Origin: Chiloscyllium plagiosum
Taxonomy: Eukaryota
Direction: 5' to 3'
DNA: 31,188 bases
Assembly: GCF_004010195.1 (NCBI RefSeq)
Contig: NC_057759.1
Coordinates: 1,052,163-1,083,350 of the forward strand
The stretch's first letter is position 1, and each line of letters starts with the position of its first letter. Position numbers and translations under genes: made by a program. Positions 1-11,700 of the stretch are shown here, in pieces. Below the pieces are notes generated by a model. The model saw nothing but the letters and a program-made list of their open reading frames with translations, ran no database searches and was not told the DNA's origin.

Positions 1-258
1 GTTCTGTCCCAAGGAAGATGCGGTCTCTCTAGATGTGTCACTCGGTCCCTGATATCGATGGCAGTATCCGATCTTCTTGTCATTTTTGCCGCCGTGATAT
101 TAAACAGGATTTGTGGTATTTACTTCCCGGTCAGTTTCCTTTCTATTACACCGTTATGCAGTTTCCGTGCTGTCTTCAACATTGTAGCATTAGGCAGCTC
201 CATCTGGCTAACAATGTCTTTCACTTTTGATCGATTTATAGCTATTTGTTGCCAGAAG
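1..258 (+). pseudogene. Truncated GPR139-like class A GPCR fragment (ICL1-TM2-TM3)
   Basis: Frame 1 from base 1 reads VLSQGRCGLSRCVTRSLISMAVSDLLVIFAAVILNRI...FLSITPLCS...SSIWLTMSFTFDRFIAICCQK. It has the TM2 (L/M)AxxD motif and a DRF variant of DRY, typical of the expanded chondrichthyan GPR139-like family. Homology stops after CCQK and the frame ends at TGA 301-303. Confidence 0.8.
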
Positions 259-1183
259 ATGATTTTCTGGCCAGGAAAGATTTTTTTTTGTTCTGAACAT
301 TGATTTTTACATGCAAGAAGATGTAACCGAGGTTTGCTTCCGTAACTCCCACTGCTTCGTCGGCCATCAGATGAAATGTTAATTCATGACCTATACTTCC
401 TGTTCACCTCCAAGGAAACGTCCGTCTGATACAATGTTGATACTGATCCTCAATGAATAGCGTCAAATCAGAATATCCAATCAACAACATGGGTTTTGTC
501 TTCTTTGTTTGCAAACTGTTTCTCACGGTTTCCAGCACTATAACAATGATATAATTTCAAGACTGTCTCATTAAAAGCAAAGATCTATGTAGCACCGATA
601 GCTGTGAAAGGTGCAATGTCCTCGCGGCAACTTCTTGTTCTTTCTTCCTCGATTATCATTGCTTACAAAGTAATAGTGTGATACCAGTTTATCAGCGAGT
701 GTTACATCCTTCCCTGCCACAATCTCCACCAATATTCAAATCATTCATTCCACAAATGCTAATCGAACAACTACACTATTCTTTCAAAAATTGGTGGAAA
801 GCAAATACTTGCATAACATTGCACTGCGTTACTGTCAAGTACATTCGATAAAACAGTTTGTTGAATTTGCAGAGAAGAATGATGGGCTTTGAGTTTAATT
901 GCTTTCAAAGAAACACCTTTTGGGAGGCAACATGAAAATCCGGAATCTGCACGCTACCATCAGTGCTTTTTGGGACTGACAGTAAAAGCGAATTCAGATT
1001 ATTAAACTTGTTGTTTTCTTGGTTCAGTTATTGTTTTTTCCTCAATTGTTTAATGAAATTGTGGGTTCTCAATTTAATTACTGATCAAGACGTCACAAGG
1101 CACTGTTGTAAATTATTGTGACAGAAATGCTCAGTTGGAATAGAACCTGTTCAGAAAAAGGCATGAGCCATATCACTCACTCA

Positions 1184-2970
1184 TGTTATGGATCAGGCCA
1201 GAACCCGTCAAAACATTTCAAGAAAGTAGCTTAGGCCCTAACTTTGCTCGTTGTTTTAAGCAGGTGTAGAGTGGGTGTTCTAGGAGTGATGCAGCTGGCC
1301 AAACCACTTAGTTTTAAATGAATCAGAAGTTATTTGGACATTTATGGAAAGAAATACATACACAAGACTTACTCAACTATTTAAAAACTCAACAGACTAT
1401 CCCAATTCATTGAAGCTGTTCCAAATTCCTGCAACAATCCCATACGCACAATTTCGCAAGAACGTTTAAAACATACACAGGGTATTACAGGGAAGTGAGA
1501 TGCCAAAGCAATTTAGCGTGGAACACCTTCCGTGTAGCAGTTTCTTTTGGATTCAAAGCTAACAAGTGACCAACAGTTCTGAACAGTCAGATTGCTAATG
1601 AAAAATCAAAGCAATCCAAATCAGGGAAAAGCTGAGCTAGGAGAACTGGCGACTCAACATTCATTGTTTGTTTTGAAGAAGTAACAAAGAAGATTGATGA
1701 GGGCATAGCAGTAGATGTGATCTATATGGACTTCAGTAAGGCGTTCGACAAGGTTCCCCTGGGAGACTGAATACAGGGAGAACTAACCATTTGGACACAG
1801 AACTGGCTTCAAGGTAGAAGACAGTTGTTGGTGGTGGAGGGTTGTTTTTCAGACTGGAAGCCTGTGACCAGTGGAGTGCCACAAGGATCGGTGCTGGGCC
1901 CTTTACTTTTTGTCAATTACATAAATGATTTGGATGTGAGCATAAGAGGTACAGTTAGTAAGTTTTCAGATGACACCAAAATTGGAGGTGTAGTGGATCA
2001 TGAAGAGGGTTACCTCAGATTACAACAGGATCTGGGCCAGATGAGCCAGTGGGCTGAGAAGTGGCAGATGGAGTTTACTTCAGGTAAATGTGAGGTGCTG
2101 CATTTTGGGAAAGCAAATCTTAGCAGGATATATACACTTAATGGTAAGGTCCTAGGGAGTGTTGCTGAACAAAGAGACCTTGGAGTGCAGGTTCTTGCCC
2201 CTTGAAAGTGGAGTCGCAGGTAGAAAACATAAAGGTATGCTTTCCTTTATTGGTCAGAGAATTGAGTATAGGAGTTGGGAGGTCATGTTGCGGCTGTACA
2301 GGACATTGGTTAGGCCACTGTTGGAATATTGCATGCAATTCTGGTCTCCTTCCTATCGGAAAGATGTTGTGAAACTTGAAAGGGCTCAGAAAAGATTTAC
2401 AAGAATGTTGCCAGGGTTGGAGGATCTGAGCTACAGGGAGAGGCTGAACAGGCTGGGGCTGTTTTCCCTGGAGCATTGGAGGCTGAGGGATGACCTTATA
2501 GAGGTTTACAAAATTATGAAGGGCATGGATAGGATAAATAGACAAAGTCTTTTCCCTGTGGTCGGGGAGTCCAGAACTAGAGGGCATAGGTATAGGGTGA
2601 GAGGGGAAAGATATGAAAGAGACCTAAGGGGCAACGTTTTCACGCAGAGGGTGGTACGTGTATGGAATGAGGTGCCAGAGGATGTGGTGGAGGCTGGTAC
2701 AATTGCAACATTTAAGAGGAATTTGGATGGGTATATGAATAGGAAAGGTTTGGAGGGATATGGGCCGGGTGCTGGCAGGTGGGACTAGATTGGATTGGGA
2801 TATCTGGTTAGCATGGACGGGTTGGACCGAAGGGTCTGTTTCCATGCTGTACATCTCTATGATTCTATGACTCAAAGTAGACAATCCCAGACATTTCAGA
2901 ATTTATGCATATACGATCCCTCTTAAAAAAAAGGAAAACGTAAAATTGTCAACATAGCAGCATGGTCACA
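1184..2970. mobile_element. Solo LTR-like element interrupted by a CR1 insertion (LTR parts 1184-1668 and 2874-2970)
   Basis: Begins TGTTATG and ends GGTCACA, with flanks CTCA/CTGA (possible 4-bp TSD, 1 mismatch). Internal GCTGAGCTAGGAGAACTGGCGACTC is matched in reverse complement at ~11087-11111. Confidence 0.6.
1669..2873 (+). mobile_element. 5'-truncated CR1/HER1-like LINE (RT domain to 3' UTR), frameshifted
   Basis: ORFs 1825-2205 ([20 protein letters not shown]) and 2159-2788 (LVRPLLEYC, RTRGH, FTQRVVRVWN); 3' tail CTCTATGATTCTATGACTC. Confidence 0.95.
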
Positions 2971-4698
2971 CTGAGAACATCGAGCATTGAACATGCCCGA
3001 TAAAAGATTAATTGCTCCAACAAGTCATCAAAGCCGAGCAACTTTAGTTTTGAAAACAAAAACAGATTCCCAGAAGAAGACGACATTCCAAACATTTCAT
3101 AAAATGAGCGTACAAAGAATGGTACAAAAGTGTAACATAATGGATTATGGCTGATGCCTGTTCCAATTAAAGAATTTCTCTATATTATAAAGAAAAAGAT
3201 GATGTATGCTCCTGGTCGGATAGGGCGGTCCACGTCATTGGATATTATCACACAGTTTCCAGGGGGAATAAAAGTTCAACTGGCTCGAGGAAGTGAACAT
3301 TACGCATCAAGAAAAAGGAAAACGTGCGCACATTAGAATAACTTACAGACGTGGAGTCCACATGACAAACAAATAAGGATCAGTTGTCATTTTATTTGAC
3401 ATGATAGGTGCCCTGTTGTCATCTTACTGTTACTCATTATAACGATTTTCCCGCTACCAATGCACAGACAAGCGTTCAAAACGTTACATAGTGGACATAG
3501 GGATTTACACATTTCCCCTCTGAAATACGAACAAAAAGCTATCACCAATTACTGTGAAGCCCAACTCTGGCTCATGAATGCTCTATAATCAAAGCAACCT
3601 GCCATCCTTACATCTTCTGTGTACAAGTGATTGCTGACTAACGTCAATCCTTGGAAGGTAAATATCCACATGAAAAGGCTTAGGGTGGCATTGAGTCAAT
3701 GGGCAATTAGACATGGGAAATAATACTAACTTTAACAGTGACACCGATATACTGGGGGAAGTGAGGATAAACAGTTAGAGGGAAAGTTAATAAGAAAATG
3801 TCCATCATCACAGAAATCATGCTTTGTGTTTTATTTTAATCAGAAACAGCTAATTCAGAGGTAGTGACGTAAATTATTTAACAGCCATTTGAATACTTAA
3901 TTAATTGTGGATTAGAAACAATAATGTAAAATATCCAGCTAATATGTGCTAAGGATACTAATTTTGTTGAATGTTCAGAAGCAATTAGCCCCTTCCATGA
4001 CAGTATTCCTGTGAATCCAGTTTACATCATTTTATGTCCCACTTTAATGCAGTTAGATGACGCACAATTACCTAGTCCACTTTTGTTTCCAAATGGGTAA
4101 TCTGAATGGGCAACTGAAACCACCTTTAACACTTCTCAATATATCCTGCAAGGTTGTCATGTTTACTAACCTCAGGACAAGATTGTGTATTGGGTTGAAA
4201 ATTGGGTTGAGTGAGACCAAAGGAATATGTCCGTGAGTTTTTCTCTCTGAAAGAGACAGATAAGATGGGAGATTGCGACTTTGTCTTGGATTGCGTCAGT
4301 GTGGTGAGACATTGAATTTAATTATCGTGGGAGAGACTGCATGTTGATCTGGAGTGCACTGCTTTTGTCTCCAATAGATACATTTAAAAAAAACCTGTTA
4401 ATTTGTGGGCTGCGGGTGTCGCTGGTCTGCAGTTCCCACTTTCACGGTCATGACTAACAGTCATTGGATGTCAATCCATCAGGACCGCAACAATTTTCGG
4501 CTCTGATTCTGTGAAACGGAGCAAAGTATGTTGCTTCCTGTTTCAATACGTTTGCTTCCTGTTTCATAGGACTGGATGAGAGAGCCTAATGTTGCAGCGC
4601 ACTGAGTGTGGAGCCTGAAACAGTTATATGGCCTGGAAATAGGAATTCACGCCGGGCAGGGCCTGGACACGCGTCTGTGTGTGTCTGAAGCTACTGCC

Positions 4699-5081
4699 AT
4701 GGAGAAACCCGAGGAATCCCGGCCCATGGACAAACGTGAAAGTGTGGCAACTTGCTTGTCCAGTCTGCACTGGAGACTTATGGGTGCCATCACACTAGGG
4801 AGAGACAGTTCTCCTGCAGCGAATGTGAGAAGGGCTTTACCCAAGCCCCCAAGCCTCCCACTTGCTTTCCCACTGGCAGGTCCACACTGGAACTGGTGGT
4901 CCATATGCCCCATGTGCAGGAAGGTTTTTATCTAAGCCTGCTACCTGCTGTCACACCAGCAGGTCCACACTGGGACTGGGTTCGCCTGCCTTGCAACTTG
5001 TAGAGGCACCAACAGGGGCACCAGGGCTCCCAGCAATTAGATTCCACCGGTGTCGCTACTGTGGGTCTCTCCAAGGACTGA
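4699..5081 (+). pseudogene. Degraded C2H2 zinc-finger pseudogene (copy A, ~3-4 finger remnants)
   Basis: GCCATGG start, MEKPEESRPM leader, HTRERQFSCSECEKGF and HQQVHTG remnants split over several frames. Upstream 4473-4698 aligns by eye with 18240-18462. Confidence 0.85.
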
Positions 5082-5165
5082 ACCTCCTGCCCATTCACAC
5101 AGTGGGTGCAGTGCGAGAGTTGGTGGGCATTTCTTTTTGTTTTCTGTAGGACCCCACAGTGCCCA

Positions 5166-5529
5166 GGGGTGGCACAGTGACTCAGTGGTTGGCACTGCTG
5201 TCTCAAGGCGCTAGGGATGCGGGCTCGATTCCACCCTCGGGCCGGATGTCGGTGTGAAGTTTGCATGTTCTCCCTTTGTGTCTGCTTGGCCTTTGTTTGA
5301 GTGCTCTGGTTTTCTCCCACAGTCCAAAAATGTACCGGTTAGGGTGAATTGGTCAAGCTAAGTTGCCCACAGTGTTCAGGGATGTGCACGTGTGGTGCAT
5401 CATTCAGGAGGAAATGTAGGGTAATAGGATAGGAGAATTGGTCTGGGTGGGTTAATCTTCGGACAGATAGTGTGGACTTGTTGGTCTGAAGGGCCTATCT
5501 TCACAATGTCAGGATTCTATTATTCTATG
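5166..5529 (+). mobile_element. HE1-like tRNA-derived SINE (older copy)
   Basis: GGTGGCACAGTGACTCAGTGGTTGGCACTG head, B-box-like GCTCGATTCC, GTGTGAAGTTTGCATGTTCTCCC core, ATTCTAT tail. Confidence 0.9.
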
Positions 5530-5663
5530 CACTTTGCTTCCATTTGGCGTTGCTGCTCAGGACTGCATGTTCCCACTGAAACGATCTGCAGAAACTTGAG
5601 ACCACAAGACCATAAGAGCAGAAGTTAGGACATTTGGCCCATCGAATCTGCTCGGCCACCATT

Positions 5664-5829
5664 GGAGATAAAAAGAGAACTGCAGATGTAGGAATCCAAA
5701 GTAGGCAGGTGGGAGGCTGGGAGAACACAGTAAGCCAGGCAGCACAAGCAGGTGGAGAAGTCAGAGTTTGCAGCATTAACCCTTTTTCAGCACTGAAGAA
5801 GGGTTCTATCCGAAACATTGACTTCTCCA
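5664..5829. mobile_element. Penelope-like element terminal repeat, fold-back arrangement
   Basis: AACTGCAGATG...AGCCAGGCAGCA...GGAGAAGTC arm followed by an inverted arm CTGAAGAAGGG..CCGAAACATTGACTTCTCCA; centre at ~5791. Confidence 0.7.
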
Positions 5830-5844
5830 TTAGCAAAGCTTTCC

Positions 5845-6307
5845 CACGATGATGCTGGGGATTGCAGTGTTTGAGCTAGAGGGAGAGGTTGAATAGGTTG
5901 GGACGTTTTTTCACTGGAACGTCAGATGCTGAGGGTTGACTTTGTGGAGGTTTATAAATTCATGAGGGGCATGGATAGGGTAAATAGGCAAGGGTAGGGG
6001 GCGTCCAGAACTAGAGAGCATAGGCTTCTGGTGAGAGGGATGAGATTTAAAAGAGACTTAGGGTGCAACATTTTCACACAAAGGGTGGTGCATGTATGGA
6101 ATAAGCTGCCAGAGGAAGTGGTGGACGCTGGTGTAATTACAACATTTAAAAGACATCTGGATGGGTGAATGAATAGGAAGAGTTGGTAGGGATATGGCCA
6201 ATTGCTGGCAAATGGAACTAAATTAGCTTAAAATGTCTGGTTGGGATTGATGAGTTGGACCAACTCTGTTTCAGTGCTGTTCATCTCCCTGACTCTATGA
6301 CCCTATC
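5845..6307 (+). mobile_element. CR1/HER1-like LINE 3' fragment
   Basis: Aligns with 2400-2873 (TCCAGAACTAGAG, TGGAATAAGCTGCCAGAGGAAGTGGTGG, CTCTATGA tail). Confidence 0.9.
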
Positions 6308-6445
6308 ACCTGATAAATGTCTCCACACCACTCTCCTGCTTTTTCCTTGTAACCTTTGATCAGCAATCAAGAAGCTATTGACCTCCATCTTCAATATACT
6401 CAATGTGTCTTGCCTTGTCCAGGGCTGGCAGCTGGTTGATTGTTG

Positions 6446-6572
6446 GCCTTTTGCTCAAAACGTTGATTTTCCTGCACCTCAGATGCTGCCTGACCTGTTG
6501 TGCGTTTCCAGTACCACTCTAATCTTGACACTAATCTCTAGCATCTGCAGTACCCACCTCGGCTTGTTGATT
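6446..6572 (+). mobile_element. Penelope-like terminal repeat fragment
   Basis: AAAACGTTGATTTTCCTGCACCTCAGATGCTGCCTGACCTG...AGCATCTGCAG matches 21170-21287. Confidence 0.75.
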
Positions 6573-6574
6573 TA

Positions 6575-7225
6575 GTAAGTCGAGAGAAAACTGTTTTTAA
6601 GCAGACAGCCACAGAGAATGTTAATTCTCTTTTAAAACAAAGAGAGGAAAACCGCTGCTGACCGCTGCAGACTTTGGAAGCTTTGAAAACCAGTTGTTTG
6701 ACTCCAGTATTTTTCTATTCAGTTAAAGAATTCTTGTCACTTTCTGGGAATGAGTCCCAGGTTGTAAGAAATAGGTGAATATTCATGGCGTCCATTCACA
6801 TTCTGCAATGACTACGGAGTTTGTTATAGATCTATGTGCCTGCAAACAACTCATCATCCAAGGATTGCCCAAAGGCATGGCAATCCATTGTTAGAAACTG
6901 TTTCATTGAATGGGTAATTCTTTGTTTTTATTTTCTCTTTTAATTTGCCCCTGAAATCTCTGTCTATGAGACAGTGGGGGACATGATCAAAAGGCTGAGA
7001 TCATTGCTATGAATTTGGTTTTCTTGTTTAACCTTGCCCTAGTAAAGTTACAGTATTTACATTTGTTAATTTTTGTTCAAATTACAATTTTTGCGTTGTT
7101 CATCAAGTCTGGTTCGGAATGGTAGAGAAATTTTGAGGGATATTGCATGTTTTATGATCACTGTGTTGTGAATCCGGAGATAGTGACACTAGTTCGTGTT
7201 GGCTTGCTTCCCGTTGGTTGTCATG
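6575..7225. mobile_element. Possible degraded LTR-like repeat
   Basis: Composition and 3' end (GTGAATCCGGAGATAGTGACACTAG...GGTTGTCA) resemble shark LTR termini as I recall them; no internal confirmation in the window. Confidence 0.3.
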
Positions 7226-7770
7226 CCTTTCACCCCAACCACTCACTGTGGTAGTGACACTCAGCACATGCTGAGGTTTCTCATGAAATTCTCAGTACAG
7301 ACTTGGAAGGGAAAATGATGACCAAGTCAGAAGATACGGTGCTAACAGCAAAACGCCAGGAAGACATGCGACAACGCAAAACTTTGACAATGTGAGACAA
7401 ATAAGGAACTTCGATAGCAATGAGGGGGTCACAAGTCAGTGTTCAAGATAATGAAAAGGTACTATGTAGACATTGAATGTTATAATTAGGCAAGTGTCTA
7501 GATGCTGCAGTTGGTTGAATATGATCAGGTAAGACAAATGAAATAACCAAATCCATCAATTATAATTGAATGTTGGTAACCGTAAAACAAGTGCATTAAA
7601 TGGATTGGTATATGCAAACTCCTCTTCAATTTACACAGCTGTATATAAAACTGGTATATTTTATTATTTGGGGAGTTTGTTGCCATCTTGTGGAAATGGC
7701 TCTGCAAGCTTGAATAAAAGCAGTGTAAGGAGAAGGTGTCCACGTGTCAGTTACAGATTCCAGGCAGTTC

Positions 7771-8057
7771 TAGAATCCCTGCAGTGTGCAAGCAGGCCAT
7801 TCAGCCCTTAGAGTTGACACTGACTGACCACACCACCCCGTTATCCTTTCCCTGTAACCCTACATTTCCAACAGCCAATGCACTCTAACCCACACATGTT
7901 TTGGATTATGGGAGGAAGACGGAGACCCCGGATAAAACCCATGCAGACAAGGGGGAAGCAGAATACGCAAACACCACACACAGTCACCCGAGGCTGAAAT
8001 CGAGCCTGAATCGCTGATGCTGTGAGACAGCAGTGCTAACCACAAGGCCACCATCCC
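7771..8057 (-). mobile_element. HE1-like SINE
   Basis: Reverse complement of the SINE head and core: CAGTCACCCGAGGCTGAAATCGAGCC...GTGCTAACCACAAGGCCACC. Confidence 0.85.
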
Positions 8058-8067
8058 ATACTGCTCG

Positions 8068-8740
8068 CTGAAGAAGTGAATTCCAAAGGCTCGAGAACCT
8101 CTGAGAGAAAAACAAAACTCTCCTACACTAAATGAGAGGACGCATATTTGTTAACGGTGTCCACTCATTTCTCGTGTCAGGCACAAAGGGATTTATACAT
8201 TCACATTGTTAAGTCCTTTCGGGATGTTGCACACCTCTATCAGATCATTTGATTCTTCTAAGCTCTAACTGATGCACGCTCAACACGGCACCTCCTTCTC
8301 CCCAGTTGTAAGTTGAGTAAATCAGCTCTGAACCACTTTGAATGTATTTACATCCTTTCTTCAGTGAAGAGACCAAGTCTGGTGGTCTCCCCAAAACCAC
8401 TGACAAATGGAGGAAAACATCCTGACTTTATGTTCCACTCCCTTACCACAAACGACAGTATTTTATTTTCTCCCTTAATCCCTTGCGGGTGCCTTTATGC
8501 TAACTTTATCATCTGCCTGAATCCTTCTGTACTTCTGGGATTTTGCAGCCTCTCTCCGTGCTGTTTTTCCATTGCTCCTGCTAGGTTGGACAGGTTTTGA
8601 TTCATTAAATTCCTACCTATCACGTTCCCAACCTGCTTGACCTCTCAATGACACTTTACAGATTCCTCATGCCCTGTTTGTACTTAGTTTCCTACCCAGT
8701 TTTGGGTCATCACCAAATTTAAAACTTTTGCATATGCTTC
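8068..8740 (-). mobile_element. Ancient, highly degraded CR1 ORF2 3' fragment
   Basis: GAATTCCAAAG, CACCTCTATCAGATCA and GTCATCACCAAATTT (decayed KFADD in reverse) occur in the expected order. Confidence 0.5.
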
Positions 8741-8998
8741 CTTCATCAAAGCTGTGAACAGACATTGAAAAAAAAACGAAAGCACTTGCATTGTATCCCA
8801 TTCATCACCTCTTGACAACGCTAAACGTTTTGACGACTTTCTTTCCTGTTCATTCAATAATGCTGTCAATGTTAATTCATCATTAACATTGTTAAATGAT
8901 CTGAACATGATGAGCACTTATTTGAAATGGTGACCATCAATGTGGCACCATGCCAATAGACTTCTGGAATAGAAGAGCATCCGTAGGTTCCTCTATTC

Positions 8999-9846
8999 CA
9001 TAAGAACTGGGAGCAATTGTGTGCGGCCTGGCCCTTCGAGCCAATTTTACCATTCAAATTGTCATGGCTGATCCTTTCATGGCCTCAGCTCCACTTACAC
9101 ACCCTCTCGCCATAACACTTAATTCCATCATTGTTTTAAAACGTATCTTAGCTTCGAAAACATTTACTCAGGAAGCCTCAAGTACTTCACTGGGCACAGA
9201 ATACCACAGATTCACAACCGTTTGGGCAAAGAAGTTTTTTTTTTATCAATTCTGTCATAAACCTGCTCCCCCTAATTTTGAGGCGATGCCCTTTTGTCTC
9301 AGTTTCATCCACGAGTGGTATAATCCTCTACGCCTGTCTTATCTATTCCCTTCATAACTTTATATATTTCTATAAGATCCTATCTCATTCTTCTAAATTC
9401 CAATGAATATAATCACTGTCTACTCAGACTGTCTTCATAAGCCAACTAGCTCAACCCTGGAATCAACTAGTGATCCTCCTGTGCACACCCCCCAGTTTCA
9501 GCGCATGTTTTCTTAAGCAAGGAGACTGAAACTGTACGCAGTACTCAGGGGTGGCCGAGCTAGCACCCTATACAACTGCAACATACCTTCCCTGCTCCTA
9601 AACTTTATTCCTTTAGCAATGAACGACAACATTCTATTTGCCTTCTTAATAACCTTTTGTACCTGCATACCAATCTTCTGTGATTCATGCACAAGGATAC
9701 CCAGGTCCCTCTACACACTAGCATGCTGCAACGTTTTACCATTCAAGTAATAGTCCTTTTTACTCTTATTCCTACTTAAATGGATGACTTCATATTTATT
9801 AACATTGTACTCCAACTGTCAGACCTTCGATCACTCACTTATCCTA
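8999..9846 (-). mobile_element. CR1 LINE 3' fragment
   Basis: CATAAGAACTGGGAGC tail; GACTGAAACTGTACGCAGTACTC (EYCVQF in reverse); colinear with 29020-29850. Confidence 0.85.
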
Positions 9847-10355
9847 GCTCAGGAGGCTAAGGAGGTTCCGCAAATCTGTAAAGACTCTTACGAATTTAAA
9901 AGATGCACCAAAGAAAGAATTCTATCCAGATGTGGCTTAGTATGGCAACTGCTGTGCCGAGGACCACAAGAAACTACAGAGAGTTCCAAACACAGTCAGC
10001 CTGCCATCCATTGACTCCATGTGTATTTCCTGCTACCTCAGGAAAGCAGCCAACATTATCAAAGACCCCTCCCACCCCGGTTATCATCTCTTCCATCGGG
10101 CTGAAGATACAGAAGCGTAAACAGATGGACCAACAGATTCAAGAACAACTTTTTCCGTTTTGCTATTGAACTTCAGAATGTACACTTCAAATTTCAAATT
10201 TAATATCGATCTCACCCTTTCTGGACCCTCTCTGCAGCCTTAACATTCATTCTTCACTCTGTTCAATTACCCTAATGCATCTTGTGTTACATAACCTGCC
10301 TGCACTTTCACTGTACGGAGGTACACGCAACAAGAATAAAGCAAAACAAATCAAA
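9847..10355 (+). mobile_element. Rex1/Babar-like non-LTR retrotransposon 3' fragment
   Basis: Remnants LRRLRRF, RCTKERILS, YGNC..DHKKLQRV, LRKAANIIKDPSHPG, RRYRS, TNRFKNNFF, followed by AATAAA and an (CAAA)-like tail. Confidence 0.8.
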
Positions 10356-10962
10356 TTGAATGATCCACGTTGTTTGTTTTTTTTATCAAAATAAAACTCC
10401 CATTAAGTGAGTCCCTTTCGCAAACCTCTGCCTGATTGTAACTAGAGTTTATCAGTGTCACATTTGACTTCCCTCACGACTGATTGCAGCATTTTCCCCC
10501 GTGACTGAAGTTAAACCAAGCAGCCTATACATTCCTGCCTTTTTTATCCCTGCTTCCACGAAGAGAGCAATATCCTGCAGTCTGCTGTGGCCATTTTAGA
10601 ACCTCGGATATTTTGAAAGATTAAAACTCGTGCTCCGGCTACTTCCTTTTTGAAGATGCGATGATAAAGTCTCTTGTAGCATTGCATGACTCACAGAAAG
10701 AACATGCACATTTCGGGCAGGTGGATCACCTCACAGTGTGTGACATTCCACTGCAAAGGTTCTTCCTTCACCTCAGTAGTCAGAGTGCAATGTGTGGATA
10801 CGCAGTCAGCCTCATATCATGTTATAGTCATGTGATGCATCAAAAAGCACAGAACCCACATGTGTGTCAGCCTGAGGTCTTGCAATATTGAGTGTTAATA
10901 AACTTCAAGACATCTGTCTCAACAACATCACAGACTGCATGCTATTGGGACAATTCTGCCCC

Positions 10963-11240
10963 TGTAACAGTGTTATGTTGTCCCTGTTTTGTTTTTTTCA
11001 AAAGGGTTTGTAAAGGCAGTGGTGCAGCCTGACTCAACAATCAGGGGAAGCCTTGATGTTTTTTTAACAGTTGGAGAATGAAAGGCGAGTGGCCAGTTCT
11101 CTCAGCTCAGGTCTTATTTCAGTTTGATTTAATATTACTAGAATAAAAAAACTGCTGAGGACTTCGAGAAGCAGCTACAATGAAACAAAGTTCTATGCTC
11201 TAACAGACGTTTTCTTGATTGACTCTACTCTCTGAAACTA
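10963..11240. mobile_element. LTR-like fragment, same family as 1184-2970 in the opposite orientation
   Basis: GAGTGGCCAGTTCTCTCAGCTCAG is the reverse complement of the motif at 1631-1655. Confidence 0.55.
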
Positions 11241-11255
11241 CCAATACTGATCAGA

Positions 11256-11532
11256 ATGTGCAGGTTAGGGTGAATTGGCCATGCTAAATTACCCATAGTG
11301 CCCAAGGATGTGCTGGTTATGATAGATTGGTTGTGCGAAATAACACATGTGCGGGTTATTGTGGTTTGCCATGCTAAATTACCGATAGTGTCCAGGGATG
11401 TGTAGGTTAGGTGCATGAGTAAGGGATAAATGCAGAGGGGTAGGGGGATGCGTCTGGGTGGGTTACCCTCCGGAGGGTCGGTGGGCACTCGTTAGGCCGA
11501 GTGACCTGCTTCCATATTGTAGGATTTCTCTG
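11256..11532 (+). mobile_element. 5'-truncated HE1-like SINE with internally repeated segment
   Basis: Repeated ATGTGCAGGTTAGG..TTGGCCATGCTAAATTACC units, then the GGAGGGTCGGTG...GGCCGA SINE 3' end. Confidence 0.8.
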
Positions 11533-11579
11533 AAAGGAAGAGATTTTTGCAAACTGTACTCTCCTCCTGGTACATTGCA

Positions 11580-11700
11580 GGGCAACGCAGGCGCAGTGCG
11601 GACCAGCCGTCCGGCCGTTCAGAGCAGGCGCAGTGCGGGTTCCGCCATTGACCTGCCCTGACACTCGTCCCACTTTGACGTCAAAACGCGGAAGTGGCTT
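11580..11700 (+). promoter_or_regulatory. CpG-rich promoter of ZNF copy B
   Basis: Direct repeat GCAGGCGCAGTGCGG (11587-11601, 11624-11638; NRF1-like), CCGCCATT 11642-11649 (YY1-like), palindromic TTTGACGTCAAA 11674-11685 (full CRE) and GCGGAAGTG 11688-11696 (ETS). Confidence 0.7.

Larger units (their letters stand above)
5598..6414 (-). mobile_element. CR1 3' end fragment split by later insertions (parts ~5598-5663 and ~6308-6414)
   Basis: AAGACCATAAGAGCAGAAGTTAGG tail and downstream CTTGTAACCTTTGAT...CTTCAATATACTCAATG resemble the uninterrupted copy at 26113-26493. Confidence 0.65.

Noticed and set aside
10675..10932. Additional small solo LTR (TGT...ACA with AATAAA near the end)
   Set aside because: No matching TSD and no second copy in the window; insufficient support.
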